The position numbers were made by a program, and so were the translations under genes. A DNA stretch of 64,000 nt from Octopus sinensis (taxonomy: Eukaryota): NCBI RefSeq assembly GCF_006345805.1, contig NC_043008.1:64170001-64234000 (forward strand). Reading direction: 5' to 3'. Position 1 is the stretch's first letter; each line of letters begins with the position of its first letter. Positions 50,993-63,262 of the stretch are shown piece after piece. The notes beneath the pieces are model-generated. The model had not been told where the DNA came from, did no database searches, and saw nothing but the letters and a program-made list of their open reading frames with translations.

Positions 50993-51421
50993 TAATAGTA
51001 ATAGTAAATATTTATACCATAGGTATCAGATCAGAAACTTTTGGCAGGATGAGTGTTGATAGTTTAATCAACACCAGTAATTGACTAGTACTTTCTTTAT
51101 CAACCTAAGAAATATGAAAGACAGTATTGATTTCAGAGGCTTTCAAACTTAGAATGTGCAGGGGTGTTTAGTAATTATCACATGGCATTTAGTCTGATTG
51201 TTATGAATTGTTTCTTCTGGTCCAGGTACGTTTATAATATTCTTTGGCTGAAGCTGGCAGCAAGCCATTTGCAAAAACTAGACATTTGCATTTGTGTTAC
51301 AATATCCTGAAGATGAATGATTTATCTGAATAAAGCGATTGATTCTTGGCAAGTGTTTCTCATCACAACAGTTTATTTAACTAAAGTTTGGAAATACCAC
51401 AATAAAAATGGAAACTTTCCT

Positions 51422-51462
51422 TCAGCCATAACTCTTTGCTGGTTTTACATCAGATATATGCA
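51422..51462 (-). CDS. candidate terminal exon (phase 1): (V)HISDVKPAKSYG*
   Basis: Strong acceptor TTTGTTTTTCCATTGTATCCTTTTAG; phase-1 frame is the longest. Confidence 0.35.
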
Positions 51463-51608
51463 CTAAAAGGATACAATGGAAAAACAAATACGAAAACTTT
51501 CCTAAAATTTCTTACAGAATTCTTAGACTTAATTCAACAACAAATGATTCATCCTGCTTACTAACTTTATCTTACCTTTAATTTGCAGTTTGTATAATTC
51601 ACTTGTGT

Positions 51609-51780
51609 TGGCACAGATGTGGCTGAGAAGTTAAGGAGCCTGCTTCCTAAGAATAGGTCATGGGTTCAATCTCACTGTATGGCTCCTTGGGTAAATGTCA
51701 TCTACTATATTCCTAGGCAAACCAAAGTTTTGTAAATGCATTTGGTAGACAGAAACTGTAAGAAACACACTGTGTGTATG
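51609..51780 (+). mobile_element. diverged family A 5' half
   Basis: GGGTTCAATCTCACTGTATGGCTCCTTGGGTAAATGTC. Confidence 0.65.
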
Positions 51781-51782
51781 TA

Positions 51783-51873
<91 letters not shown>

Positions 51874-51891
51874 ATATATATATATGTATAT

Positions 51892-52202
51892 GTGAAGGCA
51901 CATGGCTCGGTGGTTAGAGCATCGAGCTTACAATCATGAGGTTGTGAGTTCGAATCCTGGACCGGGCTGCTTTATTTCATGTTACTCCAGTTCACTCAGC
52001 TGTAGAAATGAATTGCAACATCACAGGTGCCAAGCTGTATCAGCCTTTGCCTTTCTCTTGGATAACACTGGTGACATGGAGAGGGGAAGCTAGTATGCAT
52101 GGGCGACTGCTGATCTTCCATAAACAACCTTGCCCGGACTTGTGCCTGGGAGGGTAATTTTCTAGGTGCAATCCCATGGTCAGTCATGACCGAAGGGGTT
52201 CT
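51892..52202 (+). mobile_element. tRNA-headed SINE with tail type 4
   Basis: GGCACATGGCTCGGTGGTTAGAGC..GAGTTCGAATCCTGG; distinct tail ..GGTGCAATCCCATGGTCAGTCATGACCGAAGGGG. Confidence 0.8.
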
Positions 52203-52340
52203 CAGCATATATGTATATATATATGAGTATATATACACACATACACATAAATATATATGTGAGTATATATATGTGTGTGTGTGTGTGTGTATATAAATGT
52301 GTGTGTGTATATCTATCTATCTATTTATCTATTTATATAT

Positions 52341-52376
52341 ATGAAGGACAATGATCCCGAAACACGGTGTCCCTAG
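52341..52376 (+). ncRNA. 5'-truncated hammerhead ribozyme remnant
   Basis: (ctg)ATGA-A-GGA-CAATGA-TCC-C-GAAA-CACGGTG-TC; CTG and stem I replaced by (TA)n. Confidence 0.45.
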
Positions 52377-52906
52377 ATGCAGTTCCGACGGCCGGGGGTG
52401 TTTGTCTCCCCTTCGTATATGTATATAAGGACACAGGGAAAAAAATGTGTCGAAGCTGTCAGGAGGCGTTCGATGCCTCCTAGGGCTATACAACGGTGGT
52501 GTACCCCCTACTGTCATGTTCTTGTTAGATTGACAGTATACAACCATTCTATATATATATATATATACACCAAAGAGCTAAGATATGATCTTCACAATGT
52601 GAATAACAATAGTTTTAAGAGAAGTAAAAAGAAGTTAAATTAATGTTACATGTGTTTCAGTGACAATGACCCATGATTTCATATTACATATGGGAGTTTC
52701 ACAATTTTATGCAATAAGGTTATAACTTATTCCTTTCTTTAAGCATTGTAATCTGATTCACAATCAATGTAATTCTTCACACAATTTATTATATAGAATT
52801 TCATAACTTTTGTATGTAATGTAAAATAAATGGCTGTCCTTCACTGAAACATTCCTGACTTTAATTTTAACTGCTGTCTTTCACAGTTAGACACATATAT
52901 ATATTT

Positions 52907-53120
52907 GGCATTGCTGTGTGGTAAGAAGCTTGCTTCTCAACGACATGGTTCTAGGTTCAGTCCCACTGTGTGGCACCTTGGTCAAGTGTCTTTTACTATA
53001 GATTCGGGCCTTATGAGTGGATTTTGTAGACAGAAACTGGAAGAAGTTTGTCTTATATATATATATATATATTTGTATGAGTAACAAAGATACACACACA
53101 TACACACACACACACACACA

Positions 53121-53163
<43 letters not shown>

Positions 53164-53400
53164 GTATGTATGTATATATTTGTGTGTATGTGTGTGTCTG
53201 TGTTTATACCCCCACCATCACTCGACAACTGATGCCAGTGTTTTTACAGCCCTGTAACTTAGCAGTTCAGCAAAAGTGACAAATAGAATTAGTACTAGGC
53301 TTATGAAGAATAAGTCTTGGTGTCAATTTGCTCAACTAAAGGCACTGCTCCAGCATGGCCACAGTCAAATGACTGAAACAAGTAAAAGAATAAAGAATAA
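52907..53400 (+). mobile_element. SINE family A with expanded internal microsatellite
   Basis: Head and tail intact. Confidence 0.85.
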
Positions 53401-53559
53401 TTTATTTATTTATTCATTTATTTATTTATATAGAATGGCAGTACATTTAAATGTTTTTGCTTAACTTGTGTTCCTCAGTATATCTGCTGATATGACTTCT
53501 TTAAATGACATGACTTGCTACAAGTATTCTTAGAAGATTCTGAAAAGAAATCATACTGT

Positions 53560-54430
53560 CACTTGATTTGTTCCTATGTTGATAAGCTCTCTTCATACCT
53601 TCACAATGATCTGAAACTAATTGCTACTAGATTTTGTCTCTTTTCTTCACTGATAGAAATGTTTATTTAGAGACAGATTAAATGGTTTCTTGATGATGCT
53701 ATTATTGAGCCCATAGACTCATGGCAAGCATAAATGATAGCTGGGGAATCAATGGCAAACACTACCTAGTTATCAACTATTAAAAAATGATAAATCACTG
53801 CCGCTTTCTTGATGTGTAACCATTTCCTTACACTTCTATTTCCTGAAATAAATTCTACAGTAAACTCGAAGAGAAAGACAATAAGTGATTCACACTGATT
53901 CATACTATTTCAACCTGATGGATGTTTATTCCAGCCTACAAAGTTACCTTTGGCATGACTGATGCCGTAAATACTTTTCAAAGAGTGATGTATAATTACC
54001 AACAATGACATCAAAGGAGTTCGTACTGTTGTTATTATCATTGGTAAAACTATTGAGGAGCACCATAAGAACTTGGGTAAATTTAATTCAATTACTAAGA
54101 GATTCAATATGTACAGTGAACAGTGATAAATGCCTATCTGTTGATCACCCATTTATTACTTAAGATACGGATACAAAATGGAAGATAATACTCGGTGACC
54201 TAACTTGGAAAGAATAAAATTCTTCATTGATTAACCAATTCTTAGTAATGCTAAACATCTACAAACAGAATAACTACTATGTTTATTTAGTTGCTTCTCT
54301 AAATCGGTATTTCTTTTACTATAACTAATTTAGTTCAAACTAAATCATACTCCCCCATCATGAAAAGACACCTAGATGCTATTAATCTGCTTAAGACTTC
54401 AATAACATTGATCTAGTTATTGATGAAGAA
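53560..54430 (+). pseudogene. decayed Ty3/gypsy LTR-retrotransposon pol (RT) fragment
   Basis: DGCLFQPTKLP/GMTDAVNTFQRVM and IIIGKTIEEHHKNLGKF..VNSDKC match gypsy RT motifs (MPFGL-NA-ATFQR-M; GKT-EEH--NL); YxDD lost. Confidence 0.75.
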
Positions 54431-54912
54431 AGCACAGCTTCACAACACAAAATTCCTTTTCTTACAACAAAGAAACAGAAAGCATAAGAAGGACAAACTC
54501 TTTAAGCAGTTAGTGAATGCTACAAATTGCTTCTTCTAAACCAGGTGCAATATGGTATATACGGCAGCTGAAGGGCTGGTAACCAACTAATTGCAATAAA
54601 AACAGTCATTTACATTTATACCTTGAATACTGAATTTAGATATTTTGGTTAAATTAAGTGATTGATTCTCAGCAACTGTTTCCCTTGACAACATGATCTT
54701 CTACCAATTGCTCTATGAAGACTTTGTGTTTTAAAAATCCTATTAAGCATAGGAGTGGCTATGTGGTAAGTAGCTTGCTTACCAACCACATGGTTCCAGG
54801 TTCAGTCCCACAGTGTGGCACCTTGAGCAAGTGTCTTCTACTATAGCCTCGGGCCAACCAAAGCCTTGTGAGTGGAATTGGTAGACAGAAACTGAAAGAA
54901 GCCTATTATATA

Positions 54913-54943
<31 letters not shown>

Positions 54944-54944
54944 A

Positions 54945-55287
54945 TATTGTTATATTTCGGAATGGTCATATTGCCAGTTTAGCCAATAAAAACACACGCA
55001 CTATATATTTGGTGTTATTTTGCGTCAGTGATATTTATTTTTTACATTAATCTTAATCTTATTTCGGCCAAAGTTCTTTCGTCACACTCCTGTGACCGCA
55101 TCAGTGGTCCTTTGTTTTCTTAAGATTAATGTAAAAAATAAATATCACTGAAGCAAAATAACACCAAATATATAGTGCGTGTGTTTTTATTGGCTAAACT
55201 GGCAATATGACCATTCCGAAATATAACAATATCTGTTTCAACACACGACTTCACATAAAAAATCTTGCACAACAAATATTTAAACGT
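54945..55287. mobile_element. inverted-repeat element (~110-bp arms) with an HHR in the loop
   Basis: 54945-55056 is the reverse complement of 55120-55231 (about 1 mismatch); right arm extends to 55287. Confidence 0.85.
55066..55110 (-). ncRNA. variant hammerhead ribozyme
   Basis: GGACCA-CTGATGC-G-GTCACA-GGAG-TGTGAC-GAAA-GAAC-TT-TGGCC; A9>C. Confidence 0.6.
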
Positions 55288-56454
55288 ATTTATATATATA
55301 TATACATATATATGTATGTGTGTGTGTGTATATTTTTGTGTATCTGTGTTTGTCCCCCCAACATCGCTTGACAACTGATGCTGGTGTGTTTACGTCCCCG
55401 TAACTTAGTGGTTCCATAAAAAAGACCAATAGAATAAGTACTAGGCTTACAATGAATAAGTCCTGGGGTCGATTTGCTCGACTAAAGGCGGTGCTCCAGC
55501 ATGACCACAGTCAAATGACCGAAACAAGTAAAAGAGTAAAAGAGATACATTTGAAAGTGTCCATATTTTTTTCTTTTTAGATAATAAGATATTTTTGAGT
55601 AAAGAAACAATGATTTTTGAAGTAAAACCACAGAAGACATACAAGGAAATCCTATGCAGAAAATTGTAACAAGAGTAAATTTAATCCACTTTAGACTAAT
55701 AGAATGTAAAGATACTTTTATTCAATATATATTTAAAATTGACTAGTACAATGGAAAAATTCTTGTCTGATTAGAGTTTTAAGTTGATTCACGTTAAAAT
55801 CTAAGCAAAATCCTCCAAAATTAATTGATTCTATAAAGAAATGGTCTTTTCATTCCAACCACCTGTCAGAGAATTTATCCTCAATAGGTGTATAATATTG
55901 CTATCAATTTAATTCGACTTTTCAGATTGCTAATTAGTAGTTTACACATTAACAACAATAATCAATAATAAACTATTTAACGATGCACTATTTGCTTAAC
56001 ACTAACATTAATTATCCATATTGTCTTTCATTAATATATTGCTATAGTTCTTTTATGTTTTTTTTATTTTTCACTTGTCTGCTGACGTGCTTTAAGTGAG
56101 GAATATTAAAACATTAAATTAACTAAATTAATGTATTCTTTTATCCTTTTTTTTGGCTTTTATCTGAAGTCATCATGCAAATCACTGATTACAATTAACA
56201 TAATTTAAAATAAGAGATAAGTTAGACAGACATACAACTTCATAAAAGTCTATTGTATAATTATTGCTGATTATCGCTTTTCATATCTATGCATTTGTCT
56301 TTATATTTTACAAAGAATTTACCGTTCCTCTCAATGATAAATAGTAAATGCACACACATACACACATAAAATTAAAATCAAATGAAAGATGAATATAGTT
56401 AATTGCAAAAACAAGAGTTTCTCTTTCCCACTACAGTTATATATATATGTATAA

Positions 56455-56558
<104 letters not shown>

Positions 56559-56778
56559 TACATACATACAGATGAATAGGGTACTTAAGTTGAGACGCCA
56601 GAATTTAGTATGGTATTATCCATACAATTTCAAAATAAGGTGATTAAAATCAAATTGATGTAATGAAATGATTGCATTGTTCAATTAAATGGAGTCACAT
56701 GAAATGATCGTACTGCATTACCTCTGGATATCCTTGTTGCTTATAGATAGGTAGATAGGTAGATAGGTAGATAGATTG

Positions 56779-56837
<59 letters not shown>

Positions 56838-56839
56838 TT

Positions 56840-57060
56840 CTTTTGATCTTTTACTTGTTTCAGTCATGATGGAGCACCAACATAAAAGGATTTTTTTAAT
56901 TGAAGAAATCAACCCAAGGACTTATTCTTTGTAAGCCTAGGACTTATTCATTCAGGATTTGTTGCCAAACCACACACACACCACCATCGGTTGTCAAGCA
57001 TTGGTGTTGGTGGTGAGGACAAATACAGACAGAAAGACACACACACACAAACACACACAC
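56840..57060 (-). mobile_element. family A 3' half
   Basis: CTTTTACTTGTTTCAGTCA..GGACTTATTCTTTGTAAGCCTAG. Confidence 0.75.
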
Positions 57061-57096
57061 ACACACACATACATATACATACACATAGAGATACAT

Positions 57097-57366
57097 TACC
57101 GTGATCACTGTGACTGACCAGGCTATCAGATGTTGCTACACATCACTGGTCACAATGCACTTCACATTGTTTTAGCCTTTAAATGATGCCACCTCACTGG
57201 GTAAGCGAGCAGGCCAATAGAAGAAAGAGTTAGAGAAAGTTGTGGCGAAAGAGTACAGTAGGGATCACCACCCCGCCCCCTCACTGCTGGAACCTTGTGG
57301 AGCTTTAGGCGTTTTCGCTCAATAAACACTCACAACGCCCGGTTTGGGAATTGAAACCACGATCCC
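57097..57366 (-). mobile_element. SINE family C, tail type 3
   Basis: Colinear with 35162-35430. Confidence 0.8.
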
Positions 57367-57369
57367 AAT

Positions 57370-58720
57370 GGAGTATAAATGAAAGGGGGTTTTTGAGCTT
57401 TCAACAAATGAGCAGCCAACATACAATTGTCCATGACAGAAGCAAAGTTCCTCTAGTTTCAAACCATTTCTGATAGTGACTGTCCTTGAGATTTGTTGAT
57501 GGATATTGCTAAACTTAGTCTAACTGAAAACTGTGTTTGTATATCAGTAGATATTAACAGAATTCTTGAAATGAATACATTATCACCTCCTCTATATTTA
57601 ATGAGTGTAGTAGCTTCTACAACGTACAGCATAATTTTCTTCACAATAAGTCTTGTTCCATAGCACAATTTTGGAAGATACTCTCTTTTACTCTTTTACT
57701 TGTTTCAGTCAATTGACTGTGGCCATGCTGGAGCACCACCTTTACTCAAGCAAATCGACCCTGGGACTTATTCTTTGTAAGCCAAGTACTTATTCTATCG
57801 GTCTCTTTTGCTGAACCGCTAAGTTACGGGGACGTAAACACACCAGCATCGGTTGTCAAGCAATGTTGGTGGGACAAACACAGACGCACAAACATATACA
57901 CACACATACATATATATATATATATACATATATACGATGGACTTCTTTCACTTTCCATCTACCAAATCCACTCACAAGGCTTTGGTCGGCCCAAGGCTAT
58001 AGTAGAAGACACTTGCCCAAAATGCTACACAGTGGAACTGAACCTGGAACCATGTGGTTTGTAAGCAAGCTACTTGCCACACAGCCACTCCTACACCTAT
58101 ATAAATTTCTTAGAAGCATTATGGGTGCTTCCTAATTTTAAGATTTCCTTAATCTTTTTATCAGAAAGTCTCTTGGAACATTGCCCATCTGATTCGTCTT
58201 GTTGATTTTGCACCCTGTTTATTCTTTCTTCTTGACACCTCAGTGCTCTTTGTACATCTGATTTATCTTGCCAATTCTATGCACTTCTTATCCTTTGTCT
58301 TTGAAGTCTTGATGATCTTTGAAAATCTAATTTATCTTGTTGATTCTGTGCACCACCTCTTATCCATTACTCTTGAAGTCTTAATGACCTTAGTACATTT
58401 CATTCATCCTCTGTATTTTTTGGTGTCCATATTCTTTAATATTGAAGTCCACATGATCTTCATACATCTGATTCCTCTTCCTGAATAGTTGTTTTCCTTG
58501 TCCTGTTATCAGAAAGTGTTTTTTTTATCTTTATATTTTTTATTCATTTTTGACTATATTTCGCTGTTCATTTTCTTTGATTTTAGAGTTTTTTCCTGTC
58601 ACTGCTCTTCAGTTTCATTCTCCCATTGTGGCTGCTTTGCCAGGGCTTTAAGAATCTTTTATCCAAAATGAAGGAATGAAGGTCTATTCTTCGATGACAT
58701 TTTTTCTTGAGGTTTCTAGT
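57370..58720 (-). mobile_element. internally deleted Helitron remnant (PIF1-like helicase C-terminus plus upstream ~23-aa repeats), split by a SINE
   Basis: APIMLLRNL|PKLCYGTRLIVKKI..VEAT..NVFISRILLI..VRLSLAISINKSQGQSL..GLKLEELCFCHGQLYVGCS are hallmark Helitron helicase motifs; upstream ~69-72-bp repeats read QD(E/K)SD(V/G)Q..R. Confidence 0.85.
57681..58098 (-). mobile_element. SINE family A, full length, inserted in the Helitron helicase
   Basis: Near-consensus copy. Confidence 0.9.
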
Positions 58721-58849
58721 TTATATTTTTTAGTCATTAAAGAAAACTTGCCACATTGACTGGAATAGACTTAAATACTACAGAATTATGTCAATAGATA
58801 TCTATAAGACTCTCCTTAGCTTTTTTGATACCAAACTGCCAGAGGATGT

Positions 58850-59042
58850 CCCTGATTCTATGATGTAAACTTCCCATTTTAAAGTAATCTAAATAAGAAC
58901 TATTTTACGAAATTTCAAGTTAATTTATGTTCTAACAACAAGCTTAATAATTATGAAGTTATTAAAACAATTTAGTATTTTCCAAATCAGTTGAAACAAA
59001 TTCAATGAATTTCAGCAGAAATATGATAATAAGAACTTTAAA
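58850..59042 (-). mobile_element. diverged piggyBac-type MITE
   Basis: Loosely the reverse complement of 42540-42730. Confidence 0.45.
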
Positions 59043-59338
59043 TAGCCTTTTGTTGAAATCCTGCAAGAAATGAGGTGAGATTCTGTTATTAGTCCTGGGG
59101 TGCCTGAAGCTGGGTGTATTTAGTATTGTAGCAGATAATTGTATAAAGGATGATGGGGCTGTTATATCGCAATACTACACAGTAGCTGTGTGTGCTACGA
59201 AATCCTCATTGCCACTGTTATGTCGCACATTCGGATGCCTTCTGCTCAACTCTTCTTGACTACTCTCAACTCCATTCTCACCACTACTCAACTGTTCTCT
59301 TGATGTCTAGGTTTTTCTCCCTATATCTACGTATTGAG

Positions 59339-59355
59339 CTAGCCTACTTCATCAT
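59339..59355 (-). CDS. candidate terminal exon (phase 1): (D)DEVG*
   Basis: Acceptor ..GATGCCCCCAG after a pyrimidine-rich region; followed by ~300 nt of unique non-repeat sequence. Confidence 0.2.
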
Positions 59356-60362
59356 CTGGGGGCATCCACACAACAGGGGCAAACAGTGTTGAAGCAAAAA
59401 GAAATAGATAAAATAAAGTTATCATATATTTCTATTAAATTCAGTGAAATCAAGATACTTTAGATATTTTCAAATGATTTTTTTTTTTCAGTTTAATGTT
59501 CAAAACATCTCAATCTCTATTCAGTTAAAAGTTATTTAGAACCTAATGACTGGTCCACTGATATTTAAACTCTCTAAGTAACGCGTAAACAAGATTTATG
59601 AAACAATTACAGTTTTCTTTTATTGTCTCTGACCAACCTCAGCAGCAACATCAATGACAAAATAATTTCACTTCTTCAAAAAAGAAAAAAAAGAAAGTAG
59701 TCTTCAAATTGCTCAGGTCAACATTTATGTCCAAAATCAAATTCTTTAGAAAATTTACAAATATAAAAATATGCGAAAAAAATAAAATATAAAAATATGT
59801 GAAAAAATAAAATAAAAAAAAATATATGATAAATATGCTTTAGCTTTAAATATTCACCATTTTAGTTATTTACTGAACATAAAGTTCATGGTTATTCCCC
59901 AGAGATTTAATTTTCTCCTTTAAAGAGTTCTTTGAATTGTCAGTGACCTTTTATACAAACCTATATACATCAAATTCCTACAATGCATTTTACAAGCCAA
60001 AGATAAACAACTTCATGTTAACGTACCTTTAGATATAAATAAACAAAAAAACTTCTTTTATTTCTGTCACGGGGTGAGATATAAACACATTTTAAAAGAA
60101 TACAGAAACTTTTTGTTAATCTACAAGCAATTTTTTATTTCTACTTCTTTTTTTTTACCACAAAGACATGGTTGTTCATTTAGAAAAGATTTTTTTTTTA
60201 TCCTTTTCTAATAAAAGTTTTCTCTAAGAAGGTTTACTGCTTGAGGATTTTAATTCAGTAATAACCTTTTGCATTTAAGTGCCAGGTCTTCATTCTTAAT
60301 TTTATACAATATTAATGCATGCATACATACACACACACACACACACACAGATAGATAGATAA

Positions 60363-60413
<51 letters not shown>

Positions 60414-60435
60414 TACACATATATATCATCATATC

Positions 60436-60698
60436 TTTTGTTTTTGGATTTGGTTTGCAAGATTCTTTATATGAGTTCGTGTGTTGAAGCATATTCTGTT
60501 GTGTCTGGGGAGAGTCATTTTCTTTTTGTGCCTTATATTGTAACACTCACTGGTAAAATTTCTACTTATTTCTTATTTTTATTGTTTCCTAAAATTTTCG
60601 CTACATCTTGCAACCTTTTCAATAGTCTTGACTATTTTACCGGTGAGTGTCTTACATTATAAGGCCCAAAAAGAAAATTACTCTACCCAGACAACAGA
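60436..60698. mobile_element. inverted-repeat element related to 54945-55287, with a 13-bp flanking duplication
   Basis: 60491-60559 pairs with 60634-60701; ATATCATCATATC at 60423 and 60699; loop on the - strand GACTA-TTGAAAAG-GTTGCA-AGA-TGTAGC-GAAA-ATTT-TA is a degenerate HHR. Confidence 0.7.
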
Positions 60699-60711
60699 AT
60701 ATCATCATATC

Positions 60712-60900
60712 ATTTTGTACCTATTTTCCATACTGGTTTGGGTTGGATGATTCGATAAAGTCTGACAGGCCAGATGACTGTGCTAAGCTCCAGTCTCTGC
60801 TTTGGCATGGTTTTTATGGCTAGGTGCCCTTCCTAACACCCACTACTTTACAGAGTTTAATGGGGGCTTCTTACGTGGCACACCTACTACTGAAGTTATG
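60712..60900 (-). mobile_element. diverged RTE-tail retroposon
   Basis: TTCCATACTGGTTTGGGTTGGATG..GGTGCCCTTCCTAACACC. Confidence 0.6.
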
Positions 60901-61097
60901 AAGTAACTCACAAGAACTGAGGAGAGAGGAATATTGAGGGAGGCAGAGTTTGTACTAGGTAATGAGCTGTTAATTTCTGATAGGGAGGACAGGAACCAGC
61001 ATCTTGCTGTAGGGAAGATACATGGTTACCCTTGTTGGAAACGAAATAATAAGGTGGGGAAGATGTTTCAGGGAATACCCTTAAGTTATAGGAAGGT

Positions 61098-61352
61098 GAG
61101 GCGGAGGCACATGGCTTAGTGGGCAGAAATGTCAGCACTCCAAGCGAAATACTTAGTGGTATTTTGTCTGCCACTATGTTCTGAGTTCAAATTCTGCCGA
61201 GGTCATTTGGCATGAGGAAGGGCACCCAGCTGTAGAAACTCTGCCAGATCAAGATTGGAGCCTGGTGCAGCCATCTGATTCCCCAGTCCTCAGTCAAATC
61301 GTCCAACCCATGCTAGCATGGAAAGCGGACGTTAAACGATGATGATGATGAT
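61098..61352 (+). mobile_element. chimeric SINE: family C/B-like head joined to an RTE-type tail
   Basis: GGAGGCACATGGCTTAGTGG..GAGTTCAAATTCTGCCGAGGTC then GGAAGGGCACCCAGCTGTAG..GGAAAGCGGACGTTAAACGATGAT. Confidence 0.65.
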
Positions 61353-61792
61353 CATCATCATCAACATTAACATCAATTTTACTTGTACTAGTTTTCCTAT
61401 AATGGTACAAGTGTGATAACTCTTCACAGATTAATTTAATTCTTATTTGAAGTTACTTCCTGCCAATTAGTGTAGAGCACTATGTCACACTTGACAATGC
61501 CATTTTTCCATGCTTTCTTTATCTGAATGTTGTTCTTGTTGCCAACTACTTTACAATATGACCTGGGTACTTTTTACTGTGGTACCAGCACTAGAGAAGT
61601 TATCATTTCTTGAGTCAGACTAAAGAGTCATGTCTCCTATCTATTCTTGATAGTTATTCAACAATCACTTTACCGAATGTACTTGAAGCATTTTATAAAA
61701 GCACCAACACATGAAAGTTTACCTTGTCTCCAATAAAACTTAGGTAGTGTTTCTGTTAATCATTGTCTCCATTTCTTTGGTAGCCACTTTAA

Positions 61793-62264
61793 CCCTTTTG
61801 ATACCAACCCAGCTGAAACCACCTCTGGACCTCTAGTACAAATGCCTTGTTTTCATAAATTTTGAATTAAAATCTTCCACCAAACATTAGTCACAATCTA
61901 TGTTTCTAACACTAACTTAATGATAACTAAGCTATTTTAGGGTGGCGAGCTGGCAGAACCGTTAGCACACCGGGCGAAATATGTAGCCGTATTTCATTTG
62001 CCATTACGTTCTGAGTTCAAATTCTGCTGAGGTCGACTTTGCCTTTCATCCTTTTGGGGTCGATAAATTAAGTACCAGTTACGCACTGGGGTTGATGTAA
62101 TCGACTTAATCCCTTTGTCTGTCCTTGTTTGTCCCCTCTATGTTTAGCCCCTTATGGGTAATAAAGAAACAGATAACTAAGCTATTTTACTAAATTCTTT
62201 GTTATATTTAAAATTAATTGAAAGAAACACAGAGCCTCTCAAAATAAATATGGTAACAAAAGGG
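61793..62264 (-). mobile_element. piggyBac-type MITE (TTAA TSD) carrying a family B SINE
   Basis: TTAA|CCCTTTTGATACC..GGTAACAAAAGGG|TTAA; reverse complement of the 44158-44377 family. Confidence 0.9.
61940..62171 (+). mobile_element. family B SINE, full length, 18-bp TSD
   Basis: GATAACTAAGCTATTTTA at 61922-61939 and 62172-62189. Confidence 0.9.
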
Positions 62265-62339
62265 TTAAAAGGTGGGAGCATTTTATTTGGATACAAGGAC
62301 TAGAGAAATTTCTTCTTCCCCCAGAAAACCAAGGAGTTT

Positions 62340-62398
62340 TCACTGCTCTATATCATTTCCATTCATTTGTTCAGCATTACTGTGATGCTGTTTCATTC
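62340..62398 (-). CDS. candidate terminal exon (phase 1): (G)MKQHHSNAEQMNGNDIEQ*
   Basis: Acceptor TTCTTCTTTTATTATTCGGTCTTCTATCTGTCAG; phase-1 frame is the longest; AATAAA about 55 nt after the stop (62282-62287). Confidence 0.35.
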
Positions 62399-63209
62399 CT
62401 GACAGATAGAAGACCGAATAATAAAAGAAGAATAGAGCAAGAAATTAATAGAAAGGACACTGATTTATGAAAACCAGAGTAATATGAGGGGAAATTTTAA
62501 CAGAGAAGAATGGGAAAGAAGAGAGAGGAAAAGAGCTTCTAAGATAACTACATGATGACTGTTGCTGAGACAACTGAGTTAATGGGGGGTGGGGTAGTGA
62601 TAGGAGGGAGAAAGGGTGACAGAAGATGAAGTGAGAGAGAGAGAGTGATGACAACAGGACAGGGAAAATGATAAAAGAGTAAGAGATGTCAACTATGAGT
62701 GATAGAAGGGGCAATAAATTCCATCATTTTTCTTGTGAATCAACTTTTAAAGATGGATTAGTTCTTTAGAAAAACTATCCTTTTCATTCTCCTAACTCTT
62801 TGTCAACAACTCAGAATCACTTGTGAGGAACGTAAAAGAAATAATTAGTGAGAATAGACCAACGATTTTTGCTATAAAGAATTTTCTTGAACATGATGTC
62901 CATATATATATATATATATATATATATTTTCAACAATTGAGGGTAAAATTAATTAATAATCAATTTCACCAAGTATTCAGTATGCAAAGGGACCATTTAA
63001 GGCGAATTCAAATTATTACATTATATAAAAGGGCTTAGTAAAATAAATTACTTTGCCGCATACTGAACTCATTAGAAATAGCAGCTAAAAAATCTTTTTT
63101 AAAACTATTTCCAATACTTAAAGAAAACCTCTCTCATATATTGTTTACTCAATTCAACTCACGAAAGTATGGGGGTAGAGACATTAAAAAATCAAATGCA
63201 AAGGTTATT

Positions 63210-63262
63210 TGAGAACGTACGTTTCAAGATTAGTCAAAATCGACACTTCTATCATCAGCTCA
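63210..63262 (-). ncRNA. minimal type I hammerhead ribozyme
   Basis: TGAG-CTGATGA-T-AGA..GTCG-ATTT-TGAC..TCT-T-GAAA-CGTACG-TT-CTCA; stem I TGAG/CTCA; palindromic AACGTACGTT. Confidence 0.85.

Larger units (their letters stand above)
54746..55545 (+). mobile_element. SINE family A whose internal (TA)n carries a Penelope-like insertion
   Basis: 5' half at 54746-54905; 3' half at ~55290-55545. Confidence 0.85.

Noticed and set aside
60013-60026. Additional candidate tail exon (G)TLT*
   Set aside because: Weak AAG acceptor and too short to distinguish from chance
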